This document shows, one piece after another, positions 37,401 through 52,690 of a stretch of 64,000 nucleotides of DNA (positions are counted from its first letter, which is position 1; each line of letters opens with the position of its first letter). The notes under the pieces are model-generated. The model was not told where the DNA came from, ran no database searches, and saw nothing but the letters and a program-made list of their open reading frames with translations. Source of the DNA: the human T2T-CHM13v2.0 reference genome, Homo sapiens; assembly GCF_009914755.1 (NCBI RefSeq), contig NC_060934.1; one strand, 5' to 3'. A program made the translations under genes and the position numbers.

Positions 37401-38663
37401 TCTGTCAGCTGGAAGCAAAAAGGCCCACTTCAGAAGTCATTGACTAAATTTTAAAAGCCAATGATCTAAACACCATAGTGCACCCTCAATTGGTGTCATC
37501 ACTGGTCTCCTCCCCAGAGCTGCCAACATCCACACCTTTCTCTCAACAGCCATTTGAACACAGGGAGAACACATGATTCACCACAGCCAATGACTGGGAA
37601 AAACCAAACACAAAGCTCACCGCATGGAGTGTGATGTCTTGTGTCCCATTCATTTCCCAGTGATTTGCAGGACCTTGTATGGTGTCTGGGAAAAATGTGT
37701 ATTGACTTTAGTTCATTTCCTTCGTAGGTTCAGCCTCTTATTATTTTATGTTCATATTTATTTTCCAGAGATAGCCCTAAACACGGGACATCACCAGTTC
37801 CAGTGAAATCTCCAGGGGGAGTACATAGAGCCCCAGGACAGACAGGAACTGTGTCACCTAACCCAACACTCCCAAGACTTCTGAATGCTCCTAGAACCAA
37901 ACTCCTCTTCTGCTCCATTGCTTCCCCTCCACCCCCCTGCTCCTTTAATTTCAGTGACAGGAAATGCCTTCCGTTTGGTCCATCCTATGTCATGCATCAC
38001 TGTGCCAACTCAGGGGACACATTCTTCAGCCACAAGAACACCACCCCAGCAGAACCACATTGAGCCTACAGTGCCCACACCTTGCTCCAAAAGTCACATC
38101 CTTGCCCCCACCCAGGGCCCACCTTCCCCAAACCATGGACAAATGCCAGAACCAGGCCTGAGAAGGGCTCTTTCAGAGTCCAAGACACATGAGCTTCCTT
38201 GGAAAGCATCTTCCCTATGGAAATTCCCCCCATGACTGCAGAAAAATTAAAATCACTCAGAATTCTCTATTTCTTCTTAGAGTTTCAGAATTGACTTGAA
38301 GACACCTAAAATCCTAATCTCACCAACTCTCCATCTCCTCCTCTGCCTCTAAAGGAAGAAAAAAAAATTTTAAAGAATGGACCTAGCATTGAGAAACAGA
38401 GAACAATCTATTATTGTGACTATAACAACTCCTAAGGAGCCATCAGAGTCTCGGTGGCACCGCTGGCCCCATCGTCACCCAAATCATCACAGTGGGCCGT
38501 TCGGACTGCAACACGCTGCCTGCTCCTCCCGGCGCACATTCTTCCTGGCTCTCCCTCACTGATTTTTTGGCAGGGCTCAGCAGGAATGGAATGGGCTTCC
38601 ACGCCCGTTATGATGATGGATGGGCAGGCTGCTGGTGGAGTGGGGCCTTTGGGGAGGCACTGT

Positions 38664-39028
38664 ATACACACGCACATACACACACACTCACATACTCTCA
38701 CATTCGTATACTCTACACGTACTCTCACACACACTCTCATATTCACATACTCTACACACACACTCACACACATCCACATACTCTCACATTCACATACTCT
38801 ACACACACTCACACACACCCACATACTCTACATTCACATACACACTCTACACATACTCTAAACACACACACATACACTAGACACACTCATACTCACACAT
38901 ACTCTCATATTCACATACTCTACACACTCACAAACACACATATACTGTCACACTCACATACTCTACACTCACACTGCATACATGTGCTATACCCTACACC
39001 CTACACATACCCATACACACTCACACTC
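38664..39028. repeat. Degenerate CA-rich tandem repeat (attcacatactctacacacactca-like units)
   Basis: Repeated catactct(a/c)cac motif; source of the His/Thr-rich and Val/Cys-rich ORFs. Confidence 0.9.
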
Positions 39029-39179
39029 AAACTCTTGGCCAGCAGCACCCAGGTGAATCCACTGTGGTCTCGTGGGCCAGGATTCTCCCCAAGATCCTTG
39101 GTCGCTGAAGCAGCCCCAAACCCGCTTTGTCTGGGTCTCTTCCAACTCTAGAGCTTTCATTGCCATCATTACCCCCAGC

Positions 39180-39295
39180 TGGACTTCTGAGTCAACCAGA
39201 TCTGAGTTAGAATCCCAGCTCCACAGCTTACTAGCTGTGTGGCCTTGGCAAGGTCACCTCTCTGAACCTCAATTTCTTCACGTGTGTCTTGGAGA
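39180..39295 (+). mobile_element. MIR
   Basis: gaatcccagctccacagcttactagctgtgtggccttggcaagg...ctctgaacctcaatttcttc. Confidence 0.85.
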
Positions 39296-41369
39296 ATGCC
39301 AGTACTAAACTCCCAGGCTAATATGGAGTCCTCAACAGCCCAGCTAGATGGTGAGTCCCATCTATGATCCATCAATGGCACCCCCTCCCCCACCTTGGTC
39401 CCTCTGCCACAGACTCCATGGATCTCCTTAAAACCTAAGGATATGGAGTTAAAATCTGACCCAACAGAGGGCCTCTATGAACCTGTTCTCGTGCCACAAA
39501 AGGCATCTAATCCCATTGCTCCCTGCCTGTGAAGGGCTGGTTGTCAAGACTGATTCAGGGGACAGTGTGTGTGGAGTGGTTAGCACAGGGCTCAGCATGA
39601 AGGCTCTGCATAGTAACAGCTGCCTCTGAGGCTAGGAGGCTCCGTACATAGGTCCCCCCTCCTGCTGAGCAGTAACCTGTCTCCTTCATGTCACCACCCA
39701 CGGTCCTACATCTACCCAAGAGGCTGAACACACTCCAATACAGGCTGGTTGGTCCGGGAGGACCCTAGGGAAGAAGCTGGAGACTCTGAGACTTACACCA
39801 TTCATAAACCAGCTCCCCCACCCTAGGTAAGAGCATATGTCTCTGAGGAACCCACTTTTCTCTTTTCTGTTCCCTCAAGAGCCTGCAAGGCCATTCTCTT
39901 ATTTGCCATTCCCAACTTCCCAATGAGCTAGCATGATAGGTACTAACGTTCTGCATTTTAAAGACAAGCAAGCACCTAAGTCAGGTTGCTTGTCCAAGAT
40001 AATGCAGAGATGGAGATGGGATCAAAACCTATGAGTCATCTCCCAACAACGTATCCACTAAAATACCTGCAATTCTAGTTTTACAGGTAAGAGAATAGAC
40101 ATGGGTGGGATAAGTGAGTGGCCTGGGGATACCCAGATAATGGAGCATGGAGGTGAGGCAGAATTGAGCTTGGGGACCGAAACTCTATCCTCTTAAATGG
40201 CAGATTTGGGAGACATTCCCTCAAGAATGAACCCAGCTCTGGCAGGGCCCCTCATCCCCAGGTGTCCCCACCAAATTCCTGGCCCCTGCTATTTTGGAAG
40301 TCTATCAGAGATGGGCAACACAGACACTGAGGAGCCACGGGTGAATTCCCAGCCCTAATTTTCTGTTCTGTGCTCAGTCTGTGGGCCCTGGGCTTGGGTA
40401 TCGCCCTCTCTCTGCAGAGTGTGTGCACCACCCACCAATGCAAATGCTGTTGGCCGCTGGGAGAAAGCAAAGCAAAACTTGCTGCCAGCCCAGCTCTGCT
40501 TCGTAATCTGCCCTTTGCATTGCTGGGGAAGCAGTGGGAATACAGTTGCAGCTACCTGATGGTACATCTAAAAAAATAACCAGCTAAAGGGGCCCACAGA
40601 CTCCCACCTGTCCTCTCCTACCCACCACTCTGGGAGAGCAGCGAAGAGCTGCTGTTTCTTTTTTCTCCCACCCCAAGGAAATCAATATGTTGTGCAAAAA
40701 CAACTCCTTCCAGCAAAACTCCACTTTACACCTACCTCCATCTGGACCATCCCTTGGAGCATCCCCCTAATTCACCAATAATTCCTCCCAGAATCATCAT
40801 GATTGATTTCACAGACCTGGGTTGCTGCCTGTCCTGCTATGTCCCAGCCAGGTGGAGCAGAGCAGTCACATCCACACTCAGTCCCCAAAAGCTTTGGATC
40901 CAGGGTCACAGCCAAAGAGACACATGCCTAGAACTGGCTTGCAGAGCAATAAGGCAAAGCTGGGGTGTTTTAAAAGGGAAGTCCAGGTTGGTATCCATAT
41001 AAAGGCTAACAGTGATTGAGCACCTACTGTGGGCTAAGCACTCTGCAGAACTTACCTCATTGAATAATCAGTATAACATTTTACAAATGAGCAAACTCCT
41101 TTGGGAAAAACTGGCACTGTTCAGACTATAATTTGTTCATATAACTTTCACAATGTTCATCTTCTTGATACCATACTTATGGATAAAAATAATACTTAGT
41201 GGCTCTTTGGGTAAAAATGGTAATATTAATTGTAGTGCTGGCAGTAGTAAGACTAGCACTAGCAATTGGAATTTATTATGCATTTTAATGACTGTCAGGC
41301 ATTGTGCTGAATATTTTGAATACATTATTTGAGTAAAAATACTGTTATCACTTTCAATGTTCCCAGAAT

Positions 41370-42100
<731 letters not shown>

Positions 42101-42406
42101 TTGTTCCTCAAAACAATGCAAGGTAGAATTAAAATCCCTATTTTGCATGAGACTGTGAAATAGAGAAGTTAGGTTACTTGTTCAAGCTCACACAAGCAGC
42201 AGGGGCAGAAAAAGGACCCACACTTGGATTTCTATTACTCCAAAGCCCATTCTTGAAACTACGTGACTCTATTGTTCTAAGTAACATTACCTTAGAAACT
42301 ATTCAGTGTGTAGAAAGTACATGTTCCAAAATCAAGGCTTGAGATAGGAGTAAGGAAAATGGAGAATGGATCATGAGTCACTAAAAAAATAAGAAAGAAC
42401 AATCTA

Positions 42407-42585
42407 CTGGTTCTCAGTCTTGGAAGCACGCTAGATAGAACACCTAGGGAACTCAAAGAAAAGGCCAGTGATTTGGCCCTACCCTAGACCAATTAACTCC
42501 ACATGCCTAGGGGTGAGGCCCAGGCATCAATATTTTAAAAGCTTCCAAAGTGATTTTAATGTGCAGCCAGAGTTGAGAACAACTT
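42407..42585. mobile_element. MER5B-like hAT-Charlie MITE
   Basis: tggttctcag...ggggtgaggcccaggcatcaatattttaaaagcttcc...gtgattttaatgtgcagccagagttgagaac. Confidence 0.82.
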
Positions 42586-42685
42586 ATCCATTCACTAACT
42601 CAAGGGCAAGTTTGCTAAAACATGGAGGGTATCTTTAGGTCATTGTGACAAAGAGAAATGAGAAGATCCTCCAACCTTATCCCTT

Positions 42686-42981
42686 TGCAATGGTTTGAAT
42701 ATTTGTGTCCCTCCCCAAAAATTTATATGTAGCAATTTTAACCCTTATAAGTGGGATTACTGCTCTATAAAAGAGGTCCCAGAGAGCTGCCTGGTCCCTT
42801 CCATCATGTGAGGACACAGAAGGCTCCATGTATGAAGCAGGAAGTGGGCTCTTACCAAAAACCACAAGCACCTTGATCTTGGACTTCCCATCCTCCAGAA
42901 TTGTGAGAAATAAATTTCTACTGTTTGCAAATCACCCAGTGCAAGGCATTTTTATTATATCAACCCAAATGGACCAAGACA
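42686..42981 (+). mobile_element. MLT1A/MLT1A0 MaLR LTR
   Basis: tgcaatggtttgaatatttgtgtccctcccc...caccttgatcttggacttcccatcctccagaattgtgagaaataaatttc...ggaccaagaca. Confidence 0.9.
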
Positions 42982-43299
42982 AAAGGAAGAATTGGCATAA
43001 AGAGAGACATAAGCCCTTCTTCTGCATAGTGAGAGGATGCCATGCCTGAGAATATGACAGAATCCCTGTGCTAACACCCCCTCCCTGTTTCTTAAAGAGA
43101 ACACAATGAACCACAGAATCTCAGCACTGGAAAGAATCTTAGGGGAAACTTAAAATGGATCCCAGACTTGGCTGATTGTTAGAACGCCTTGGAAGTTTTA
43201 TAAAAATATAAATTTCTGTGGCCCTCCCCTAAGGGAATCTAATTCTATAGCTCTGTGTTGAGCCTAGGAAATTGTATTTTTTTAAAAGATACGCAGGGA

Positions 43300-44450
43300 G
43301 GCTTTTGGAGAAAGATGGCAGAGTGTCCCAATACATAATCAGACAAAGCAAAACAAAAAAACAAAAACCAATAAGTGAAGGAGAAAAGCAAGCAGCAATC
43401 AAACAAGGAACTGGCACACACTCATACTATCAACATCTAAAAGACCTGGGGTGAGGGTGGGGGCAGGAACAGGATTTGGCAGAAGTTGTCAGGTTCCTAA
43501 CCCCACCCCATGCTTCAGAAGTATTATTGCTGAGGCCAAAATCTTTAGACTTCTCACTAATTACTATATATTTGCAGAGAAGCAGACTGTGAGTGTGACA
43601 TCATTTCTTCCTCTTTTCTGACTTAATACGGAGAGAGTTGGGGAAACAGATTGAGAACTATTAGAAAAAGAGCTATAAAACAGCAGCATGAACAATCAAG
43701 ACTCTCTCTCTTTCTCTCTCTCTCATTCTCTCTCTCTTTCTCTCTCTCTCATTCTCTCTCTCTTTCTCTCACAGAAACACAGGTTCCAGGGCTCAACGCT
43801 TAATTGAGGGGATCATCTAAATGGCAAGGACATCCCCTCCTATATCCCCTCATTAGTGGAATGAGCCCTGGAACAGCACATTTAACAAAGTCATGCAAGA
43901 GTTAAATGTGGTCCTACCCAAAGGAGCACACAGCTCTGAGTCTGACCACCCTCATCTCCCATGTTCCCCTATAATGCTCCCAGGCATCAGAAAGCATCTC
44001 AAACTGGAGCTGACACCATGGCAGAGGTTTCAGGTAAGTCACAAAAGGAGTCCTAAAGAATTTGCCCTCAATATCAGAGTGATTAGAAGAAGTGGACAGA
44101 GCTACCCAAGTTAAACATATGCAAGATAAAAAAAATATGGCACTTGTGAACACACACTACAGGAGGAAAATAAGGAACATAATAGCATATTGTGCTATTA
44201 TGATGATGAAGAACCTCTCTAGAAGAAAACATAACCAAAGAAACAAAGAAAATTCCTGCAAATGTTTAATGCTATAGAAGAAATTAACAAAAACATATAT
44301 TCAATGAATTCAGAAAAGTTAGCAGGTCAAAGAAAACAAATCAAAGACCAAAATAATCCCATTTTAGATTGTCGAGTAAACTAGAACAGAAAGAATACAA
44401 CTGGAAATTGAATTCCTACGTAGGGGACATGCTTGAGACTAAACAACTCA
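43300..44450 (+). mobile_element. Very old L1/HAL1-like 5' region (tentative)
   Basis: Starts with aagatggca; A-rich ORF1-like tract at 44150-44450; highly decayed. Confidence 0.4.
43702..43770. repeat. (TC)n-rich microsatellite
   Basis: ctctctctctttctctctctctcattctc... Confidence 0.9.
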
Positions 44451-44844
44451 GGGACTTGTTAGATATTATCAGCCTTAACAATGTAAAAATAAGCTATAAT
44501 TAAAATAAGAAAGGGGGTAGGAGGTAGGAAGAAGCAGGTGATTGCTAATTTTTTCATCATTTATAACATGGGCTCAAAAGTCTAAAATTGAAACTAGGTA
44601 TTAACAGAAAGCAATGACTCCATCTTCTTAAAATTTTTCATAACCTTGATGAGCTCTTCTAAAAGATATCCATTTCAATGAAGACATATTTTTCCAGAAC
44701 TCAGAACTTCCTTTAGATGTACTTGTTTCCTCTTAGAAATTTAAGCCATGTACGTTAATACTCTTTGTTAAAATTGGGATGTAGAGTGTGATCCCATTAT
44801 TCTAAAATTATTCCTGTCAATCTGTGATCTACATATCTTTCCAG

Positions 44845-44845
<1 letters not shown>

Positions 44846-44889
<44 letters not shown>
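44846..44889. repeat. Perfect (TG)22 microsatellite
   Basis: Uninterrupted TG run. Confidence 0.97.
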
Positions 44890-44890
<1 letters not shown>

Positions 44891-45309
44891 TGATAGAGAG
44901 ATTACGTGAGTTTTCTTAATGTTCATGATGGTTATGTCTAGGAAGTGAGATTTTTGAGTAATTTTTAAATTTCTTCTCTGAACTTTGATATTTTCAAAAA
45001 CAATTGTTATAATTGTTTAAAGGAAAAAATTCCCAAGTGGTTGAGAGGGTCACAGCTAAACTTGAAGAGCACGGCATCTAGCCCAGGAATCTGATTCCTG
45101 AATCTCCAAAAATCACTCCTGAGAAGAAGCCACACACCAAGCTGCTGTCAAAATCTCCAGTGATGATGAAGCACTCACTATCCTCATATGCCCCATCCCA
45201 CTGCAGGGCAACTTCAATTTTACAGGACCACAAATTTTCTTTCTACTGCTACCCTATCTTCTAGTAATAATATCCACCTTTCACTGAATTTCCCTAACTG
45301 TGAGCTAAG

Positions 45310-45495
45310 CGTATTCTTTAAATCTTCAGAGCAACTCTATGAAGGTATGAGGTTTCACTATAGTTTTGCCCGTCTTCCTGTTGAAGAGACTGAAGCCCAG
45401 AGAAGTAAATTTTCCTGAGGTCCCCCAGCTAGTAGTTTGCAGAGCTGGGCTTCAGCTTTTCATTGTGGTTGAATACAAAGCCTGTGTTTTTAACC
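45310..45495 (-). mobile_element. MIR
   Basis: gaagagactgaagcccagagaagtaaattttcctgaggtcccccagctagtagtttgcagagctggg. Confidence 0.8.
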
Positions 45496-47539
45496 AAAAT
45501 TCTTTGCTAGAAAGTATTGCATCATATTGACCCCAAATCCACTTTTCTATAACTTCTAACCAATGGCACTGACTCTGCTCCCTGGGGACACAGCAAAAAG
45601 TCTAATCCCCTTCCATAAGCATTGTCTTCCAACATAGGAAGACAAAAATCATGTGACCCTCATCTACCCCATCTTCTTCCTCCCCAAGTGATCCTTCTGC
45701 AGGTGCAAAATGTACCGAGAAGAGAGCATATTTTTTCTGACCCACGATGAAGTCACTGAATGATTAGTTTAAATGGAATCATGAAGTTTCTAATATGTAC
45801 TTAACTATATGCTATCATTTAAGTTCTGCTTTGAAGGAGTTCCTAATAGTTGGGTTCCTCCGGAAAATCTCCTAAGAGGGTTTCATCCCACAGACAACTC
45901 CCAACTCCCTGGGTTAACTGGAGGGGTGCAGTGGTGTGGATAAAGTAATTTATGTCTGACACGGAAATGTATTATATGCATTTTTCAATTTATCTTCCTA
46001 ATTAAATTTTTTCATAGACTCATATTTAAATGAGTTTCCACTCCCCTAACACATGAGGACTGACAGTGAGTGGAGGGAAAATAGGATAAAAATGTTAAGT
46101 AGATTTTCCACCAAGTGTGAATCCTCCACACACGAATCACTGAGGGAATCGCTGGCACTCTGTGGGCTGGGTGGAGGGGTTTTCTTTGGTTTATAAACTC
46201 CCCAGAACCTGATTTTCACATGCAGACATGAGAGCCTGTCCAGCCAGCAGAGTATATACTGTCCAGCATCTCCTGTGCCAGGAGCCACAAGGCAGTGGGG
46301 CATGGAGGTGCCCCCCGGGCCCTGCCTGGAACATATTCTCCCAGGACTTTGAGCTTCCTGGCAGGGTCATGTTCCAGGAGCCCCGATTTCAGGGAAATAT
46401 TCTGCTCCCTTGGTTTCACACAGAGGGTAGCAAGCCTCCACCAAAATGCACACCTGTGTTGGCAGCGAGGCTGTGGACTGTGGCCTGGAAAACATGGCCT
46501 CACGCCTGGGAAAGCATGCCTCAGCGTAGGAACAGAGACCCAATATAGCTCAGCTCGGACTGAGTCAGGCACTGACCCCACTACCCTGTCCCTAAATCCC
46601 CCCTGCAGTGTCCTTGATGTCACCTCCCTGATGTCCTGAAATCCAAGCCCCCCAGCCCCCTGGGGCACAGGCACGGCTCTTCACTCCCTCCCTATGGCCA
46701 TTCCCCAGTTACCATCTGAACTCACTTATTCCAGGCCCAGGCCTGGCTGTCCCTTGGAGGGAAGGAGAGACACCCAACACCACAGCCCAGAAGGAACCTC
46801 CACAGGGAGTCAGTCAAAAGCCAGACACTAAAATTACATTTTCTCACTCCCTTCTCATTTGGAGGAAAGTCTGTGTGGGGCTGGCTGTGATCACACACTT
46901 TCATCACACACTTTCTGCATAAGTGAGAGAACTGTCTCAACTGCCTCCTCCTCTTCCTCCTCATCCTCCTCCTATTCCCTCTCCCTCCTCCACTGAATTC
47001 CCAGCTCACTGCCTCCCACTAGTTCACAGTGTGCTAGGGCCCTCCAGCCCCACCGAGAAGCCACAGGAAGCTCTGATCCACCCCACAGGGAAAAAGGGAT
47101 CAGAACCACCACCCAGCACAGATATAGGGGCCTTGTGTAGGGGACCAGCCAGGGAGCCCCTCCATCTTGAAGAATCTAAGTCACGAGGACAAGCACAGGA
47201 GCAAAGCAGGCAGCCTGAGCTATCCATGTCCCAGGCCACTGCCGGCCTGTTCTGAAAAATTTCACACAAGGTTATCCCCAATATTCCCAGACATGTGTCC
47301 CTTCCCCGGTGCTGCATGGCCCCCACACTGGCTGAGTATCTCCAGTGGGAGAGGAAAGGACAGACCGACTCTTAGGAATGCCTGCTCACTCCGTGGTAGC
47401 ATGTCCCCTTCAGGCCTCCTTTCCCATCTTTGAAAGTGAATCCTGGGTGGCTCCCTGTCAGGGGAGCACACAGATAACCCAGCCCCAAAGATGGCGGGGC
47501 AGACCTGGGCATTAGCAACTGGAGTTCTGTTTTCCCTTC

Positions 47540-47730
47540 TAGGCTACCTACTATGTGTCGGGCTCTGTGCTTGGTGCTTTGTAAACCCACTCTCATTCCA
47601 TCACCCAGCAACAGTGAGACCCAAAGCTCAGAGAAGTCAAAGACTTTGCCTGAGGATCTTACCTACAATTAATGGCACATGGTCAAGACACAAATCTCAT
47701 TCCAGAAACCAAGATCTTTCTACCACACCA
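47540..47730 (-). mobile_element. MIR
   Basis: cctactatgtgtcgggctctgtgct...aaagctcagagaagtcaaagactttgcctgagg. Confidence 0.75.
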
Positions 47731-48501
47731 AATGTTTCCCTAAAGAGAGCCCATAACTCCACACAGGAACCCAGCCCAGCCTGGATAACCCATCAGAACA
47801 GAGGAAGAAAACTCCTCTGTCAAAATGAAAGATGCTAATAGCAAGGGTGTTTACTAGGAGTGTTCAAATTTCCATTAAAACCTTCCTGTGCAAAGATGAG
47901 CTACGAAAATTTCCTTCTTGGAAGCTTGTACCTCCTGGAATCCAGACATCTACTTTCAAGCTGCTGAAGGCTCCCACTGCCTCCCCACAGGGCTGCAATC
48001 CCGACCATGGATTATTAAGGAGTCCACAGGCTTGGCTCAATGAACAGAACGGCTCCGTTATATTTCAACCTACCCACTAAGACTTAAATATCACACCCTA
48101 GTTCAGACAGCCCTCGCCTTTCATTTTTCTTGGCTTTAGGAAGACAGGGAGGGAGGGCATACAGAGCCAAGAACCCAAGTGTCTGAGCTTTTACAGTAAC
48201 CCAAACTCACCCAAGACAGGCTGCCCAACCGGGCCCACCTCTGTGTGGCTTCTCCAGATCAACAGAAATTTGGGGTGAAAGCCTGCTTTTCTCCATGCAG
48301 TAAGGCATCTGCATGAAAGGCACATGTTTCCAGGACCTTCCAAGCTCTTTCTTGAGTAAATATTCTCTTAAAAAGGTTTTGAAGCAGAGGCTAAGGAGAG
48401 GAGTCAACATGGAATTTTATTTCTCTTGGATTATCTGACTCAAGCAGCACCCAAGACTAGCAAGACCAAAGATGGGCTGACCCAAAGATAACCATTTACA
48501 A

Positions 48502-48728
48502 CAGGAGTCAGCAAACCAACAGCCTAAGGGCCCAATCCAGCCCGATGCCTATTTTTATAAATAAAGTTTTATTGGCACACAGCCATGCTCATCTGTTCTG
48601 GGGTGTCTGTGGCTGATTTCATGCTACAAAGGCATAGTTGAGTGGCTGCAACAGCATGGCCCAGAAAAGCCTAAAATCTCTATTATCTGGCCTTTTACAA
48701 ATTAAAAAAAAAAAATTGCCAACCCTTG
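48502..48728. mobile_element. MER58A hAT-Charlie MITE with 8-bp TSD
   Basis: caggagtcagcaaac...aaataaagttttattggcacacagccatgc...ttgccaacccttg; TSD atttacaa / atttagaa. Confidence 0.92.
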
Positions 48729-49499
48729 ATTTAGAAAAACTTTCAGATGTAGTTAGGCCTATTTCTTGAGCCTTTTTAAGAGCAAATAATATCTCTGGAA
48801 TATATTTGGTATAGTCTTATATGGAGGGAAAAGGATGAAAAAAAATGGCCCCTGAGTTTCCTTCCAAATCCACAGGAAGCCAAAAAAGGAATGAGGTGCC
48901 TGGTACAAATGCCTCAGGTGACAGACATCCTATTTACAGAAAGGCAATCTGTGCACCACCTCAGGGAGGCCAAACCAACATGCCTGGTGCAATCATGCAG
49001 CCTTACCCTGCAACCACGCCCAACACTTGGAAGCCTAACGTGGACAACGCCTGGTGCAAGAGGGCATGTGGTCAGATGTTCCACCCCCACTTAGCTCAGG
49101 GGCAGACAGAAGGCTTCTCCAAAGCTGTCCCTTGGCAGGATTTCATGTAGCAGATGCCACTAGTCTACAGTCTCTACAGCCTCTGACTCCCAGCATGTAC
49201 ACATGTAGGTGTGCACAGAGGCCCAGAGAAGCAGGGTCAATGGAATCCATGAAGCTGACCTGGTGGCAGCTCAGGGTTTATTCCCTGCTTCCAACCTACC
49301 AGCAGGCACAACTCTTGATAGATCTAACAGCACACTGGGGATGGAGCACTGCATCAGGACTGAGGAGACTCAGGGTCTTGCCCCAGCTCTGTGGCTAACT
49401 CCTGATGCAACCTTAGAAGAGTCATATCATGTCTCTGGGACTCACTTTCTTCTTCTGTCAAATGGATTAATACTACCCACTCCATCTAACTCACAGAGC

Positions 49500-49640
49500 T
49501 CAGTCATGCAACAAGTAATTATTGGGCATCTACTATGAGTCAGACATTATGCTAAGCACTTGGGATATAGTGGCAATCAAGATGGACAAATTCCCTGCCT
49601 TGTGGAGCTTACACTCTGGGGTTGGTATGGAAACTAATAA
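49500..49640 (-). mobile_element. L2 3' end
   Basis: caacaagtaattattgggcatctactatgagtcagacattatgctaagcacttggga...ccctgccttgtggagcttacactctgg. Confidence 0.8.
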
Positions 49641-51698
49641 GGGATGCATAGATGAATACTTTGAAAAATCATGATGTGCTTCACTTGAGTCGTGGATGGT
49701 GATGCTATCTTCCCACTCTGGGCCATTCATGGACTAGACTCACACACTGAGCAGACCTGCTGGGAACACATCACTGATAAAAGTCATTCATTGGGAACTA
49801 TTCTAAATGCCTTGTATGTATTAACCTCACCATCACAGAGAGTCCTCAACACTGAAGTAGGAACTCTAAATATGCATACTCCACAAACAAGGAAGCTGAG
49901 GCCTGGAGCACTGGAGCTAAAAAGGAAATATGTGTCCTGTCCCTTATGATATCTCCCATACTGGCTGGAGATGTTGAATTTACTATATTAAATTCTTCTC
50001 CATTATCTTGAGGAGTAAGGCCAGGACCCTTCAGATGGAGAGGAAGTCTCTCTCCCTAGATGGGGAAGGGAAGTTCTCCTTCCCTAGTTCAATCATCACA
50101 GAAAAGGAAAGCATCTAACAGGAAAGTAGCACCCAGAAGAGAGGCCTTAAACTCCTTGGAAGAGGTGATCCTCCTATCTGCCTCTTTGGGCTGAACTCTC
50201 CTAGCAGGGGATTTTTAGAAGGGTGGATAACCAGTTGTGGGCTGCAGTGAGAAGAGCGAACCCAGCCCATGAAGAAGGCCAAAAAAATGAGGACTCTGGC
50301 AGGGTCTGTGAGCTAAGATGAGCTATGCCCTACAGGGCAGTTATCTAGCTCTGTCAGCCTCCATTCATTTCCTTTTTTCTGTCTCCACATTTTCAGTAAC
50401 GTCCTGTCTAAACATCCCACCAGACTCTCAACGCAACATAGACAATTAGCGAAAGGTTAGAAAGTCATGCACCCAAGCTTGGCCCACCACAGTTAGAGGA
50501 AAATGGCACCACCTTAAAACTAGTATGTAGGTGTTCGTACTAAATACGTGAGAAATTCTCCCAAAGGAAGGTGAAGCTGGAGAGAGTCAGGGTCATCCAA
50601 CTACTTTTTGCCCTCTCAGAGCATTTTCCTCCTTGCCAATGCTGGACAATGAAAGCACTAGTTTATTCAGGGAAATCACAGTTTCCTTTTTAGAAGAGCA
50701 GGATGCTAAGAAGGGAGCAAGAATAAGTTGAAAACAAATGGAGTAAGATTCAGCATTGTGCACGCACCCCCAGCCCAGCCACCCAAGAGATTCTCCCAAG
50801 CCAGGCAGTGATGCTCACATCTGGTCCTTCACCACCAGGACCAAGTCAGAGCAAAGGAGAAAAGAAGAGAAGGAAGAGACAGGAGCGCACTGGATGGGAG
50901 AGTGAAGGGTTGGAGAAGAGAGGGATCCCAGCCTACTCCCAAGCCCAGTGGGATCATCTTCCCCTAGGAACTCCCATCTGATATTGGCTCTGGTTGGGGC
51001 TGCCTCTCTCCCAGCACCTGCTGGGTAGACTTCCCCATGTTTGGTCCTGGGAGGTGCTGTAGCAGCTGGAGCTGTCCTCTTTCTGCCGCTGGAAGCAACT
51101 GGAAGTCCCAGGGGCCCTGGCGCTCCCTCTGGGATTTCACCCTATTCTTTCCTGTCTCGCTTTCTCTTTTATCTCCTGGATTAACTTACTGTTGTGCCAT
51201 CTACCCAGTTGTCAGTGTGCCTGTCTCAGCTTTGTGATCTCACGTAGATCCACAGAACCTAAGAGCTGGAACGGGCCCTGAAAACATTCTGGAGCAGGCG
51301 TCTCGGCAGACTCAGGCATGCCTCTCCCCAGGGAACCAGGCCGCGTCTGGGCAGAAGCAAGGCTTGGGGGAGTGGCAAGGATTGTGTGTACTCCCTCGAA
51401 GCACATCTTCAGAAGTGGAGCATTTTCAAGGTAGGATGTTGACATAATTGTTAGGTCCATGAAGGCAGATGCTAGAAGCAGTGTGAAAATAAGACTCTGA
51501 GGTTGTCCAGGTGGGGGGCTATTTTTATACATTTCCCCCCACAACCCAAGCAGTACATGGGCCCTAGCCCTCAAGCTTCACCTCCCAGATGTAAGACTCC
51601 AACCAAGATTTTGGAGTCAGGGGCATACAAAGCCCACTCAGGGGACACACTCATAGAGTATTCAACTGATTCAGAGATGTGGGAAGAACGCTATTCCT

Positions 51699-51828
51699 AT
51701 TTATTTTTTTGTAGAAACAGGGTCTTGCTATGTTGCCCAGGTTGCTCTCAAACTCCTAGGCTCAAGTGATCCTCCCACCTCATCCTCCCGAGTAGCTGGA
51801 ACTACAGGAACACGCCACCACACCCAGC
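51699..51828 (-). mobile_element. FLAM-like Alu monomer
   Basis: gtagaaacagggtcttgctatgttgcccagg...ctcctaggctcaagtgatcctcccacctc. Confidence 0.9.
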
Positions 51829-52690
51829 TACCACTATTTTTATATTAAATAAAACATGTATCATGGAGTGACAGGAAAAACCTATGCAAGTTTAAGTAAA
51901 TATTGTACTTAAAGTGGGTGACTTTAAATTATGCTCTTATATGTACAGGGGAAGGACAGAGGAAGGGCTCATTTACCTTCATTCTTCTCTCTCCCTAGAG
52001 AATTCTGTGTATCCAATTTTAAAAATTCATCATATGTCACAGACAGAGGCACAGACCCCCTGAGCCATGGTGGGAAGATACTTCTGGACAAATGTATACC
52101 CAGCAAAAATCTCAAAAGCTCCAACTTTCTAATGGCTTCATTTTACTGATGAGAAAACTCAGACCTATAGAAAGAAGAGCAGAAACAGACTGGATCCCAA
52201 ATCCCTGTGCCCCACAGTTGATGCTCTTTCCACCTCCAATCTGAGGCACTGCTCTCCATGTGGCCAGGAACCGTTTCCAACTAAACTGGTCCTGCCTAGG
52301 GCCTGGAAAAACACACTGTTAATATGCAGCCTTAATTAAATATTTCTGATGAGCACAATGATGCTTCAAAATTCTAGCTAGGATTCGACTGATGCTGCAG
52401 CCTGGAGCCATCAAGGAAGAGCCTCTTTCCCCTAAGCATGGTGTGTGTGGAGCTTGCTGGGAAGACTGAGACCTTCCAATCCAACCTGGCCAGCACATCT
52501 ATTCAAGCCATCAACCAGAGGACAGATGTAGAAGTCACCTTCTCCTTCCAGGGACCACTCTTGGAAGCAGATTTCCACAAAGGGGACCGTACAGTTCTAA
52601 GCTTACAGATGGTTAGAACAGACCAGCCCCACTGGAAGGCCAGAAGTGACGAGGATGAGGTCAAATGTCAGTGACAGAGAGGCTCAGACC

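Noticed and set aside
38432-39151. His/Thr-rich 219-aa and Val/Cys-rich ORFs
   Set aside because: Translations of the degenerate CA repeat.
39461-39474. CTCF-like motif ccaacagagggcct (similar partial matches near 5500 and 15916)
   Set aside because: Mismatches at informative positions; not distinguishable from background without ChIP data.
45929-46080. Possible old hAT DNA-transposon end starting cagtggtgtgga
   Set aside because: No matching opposite terminus or TSD identified, so the family cannot be supported by eye.
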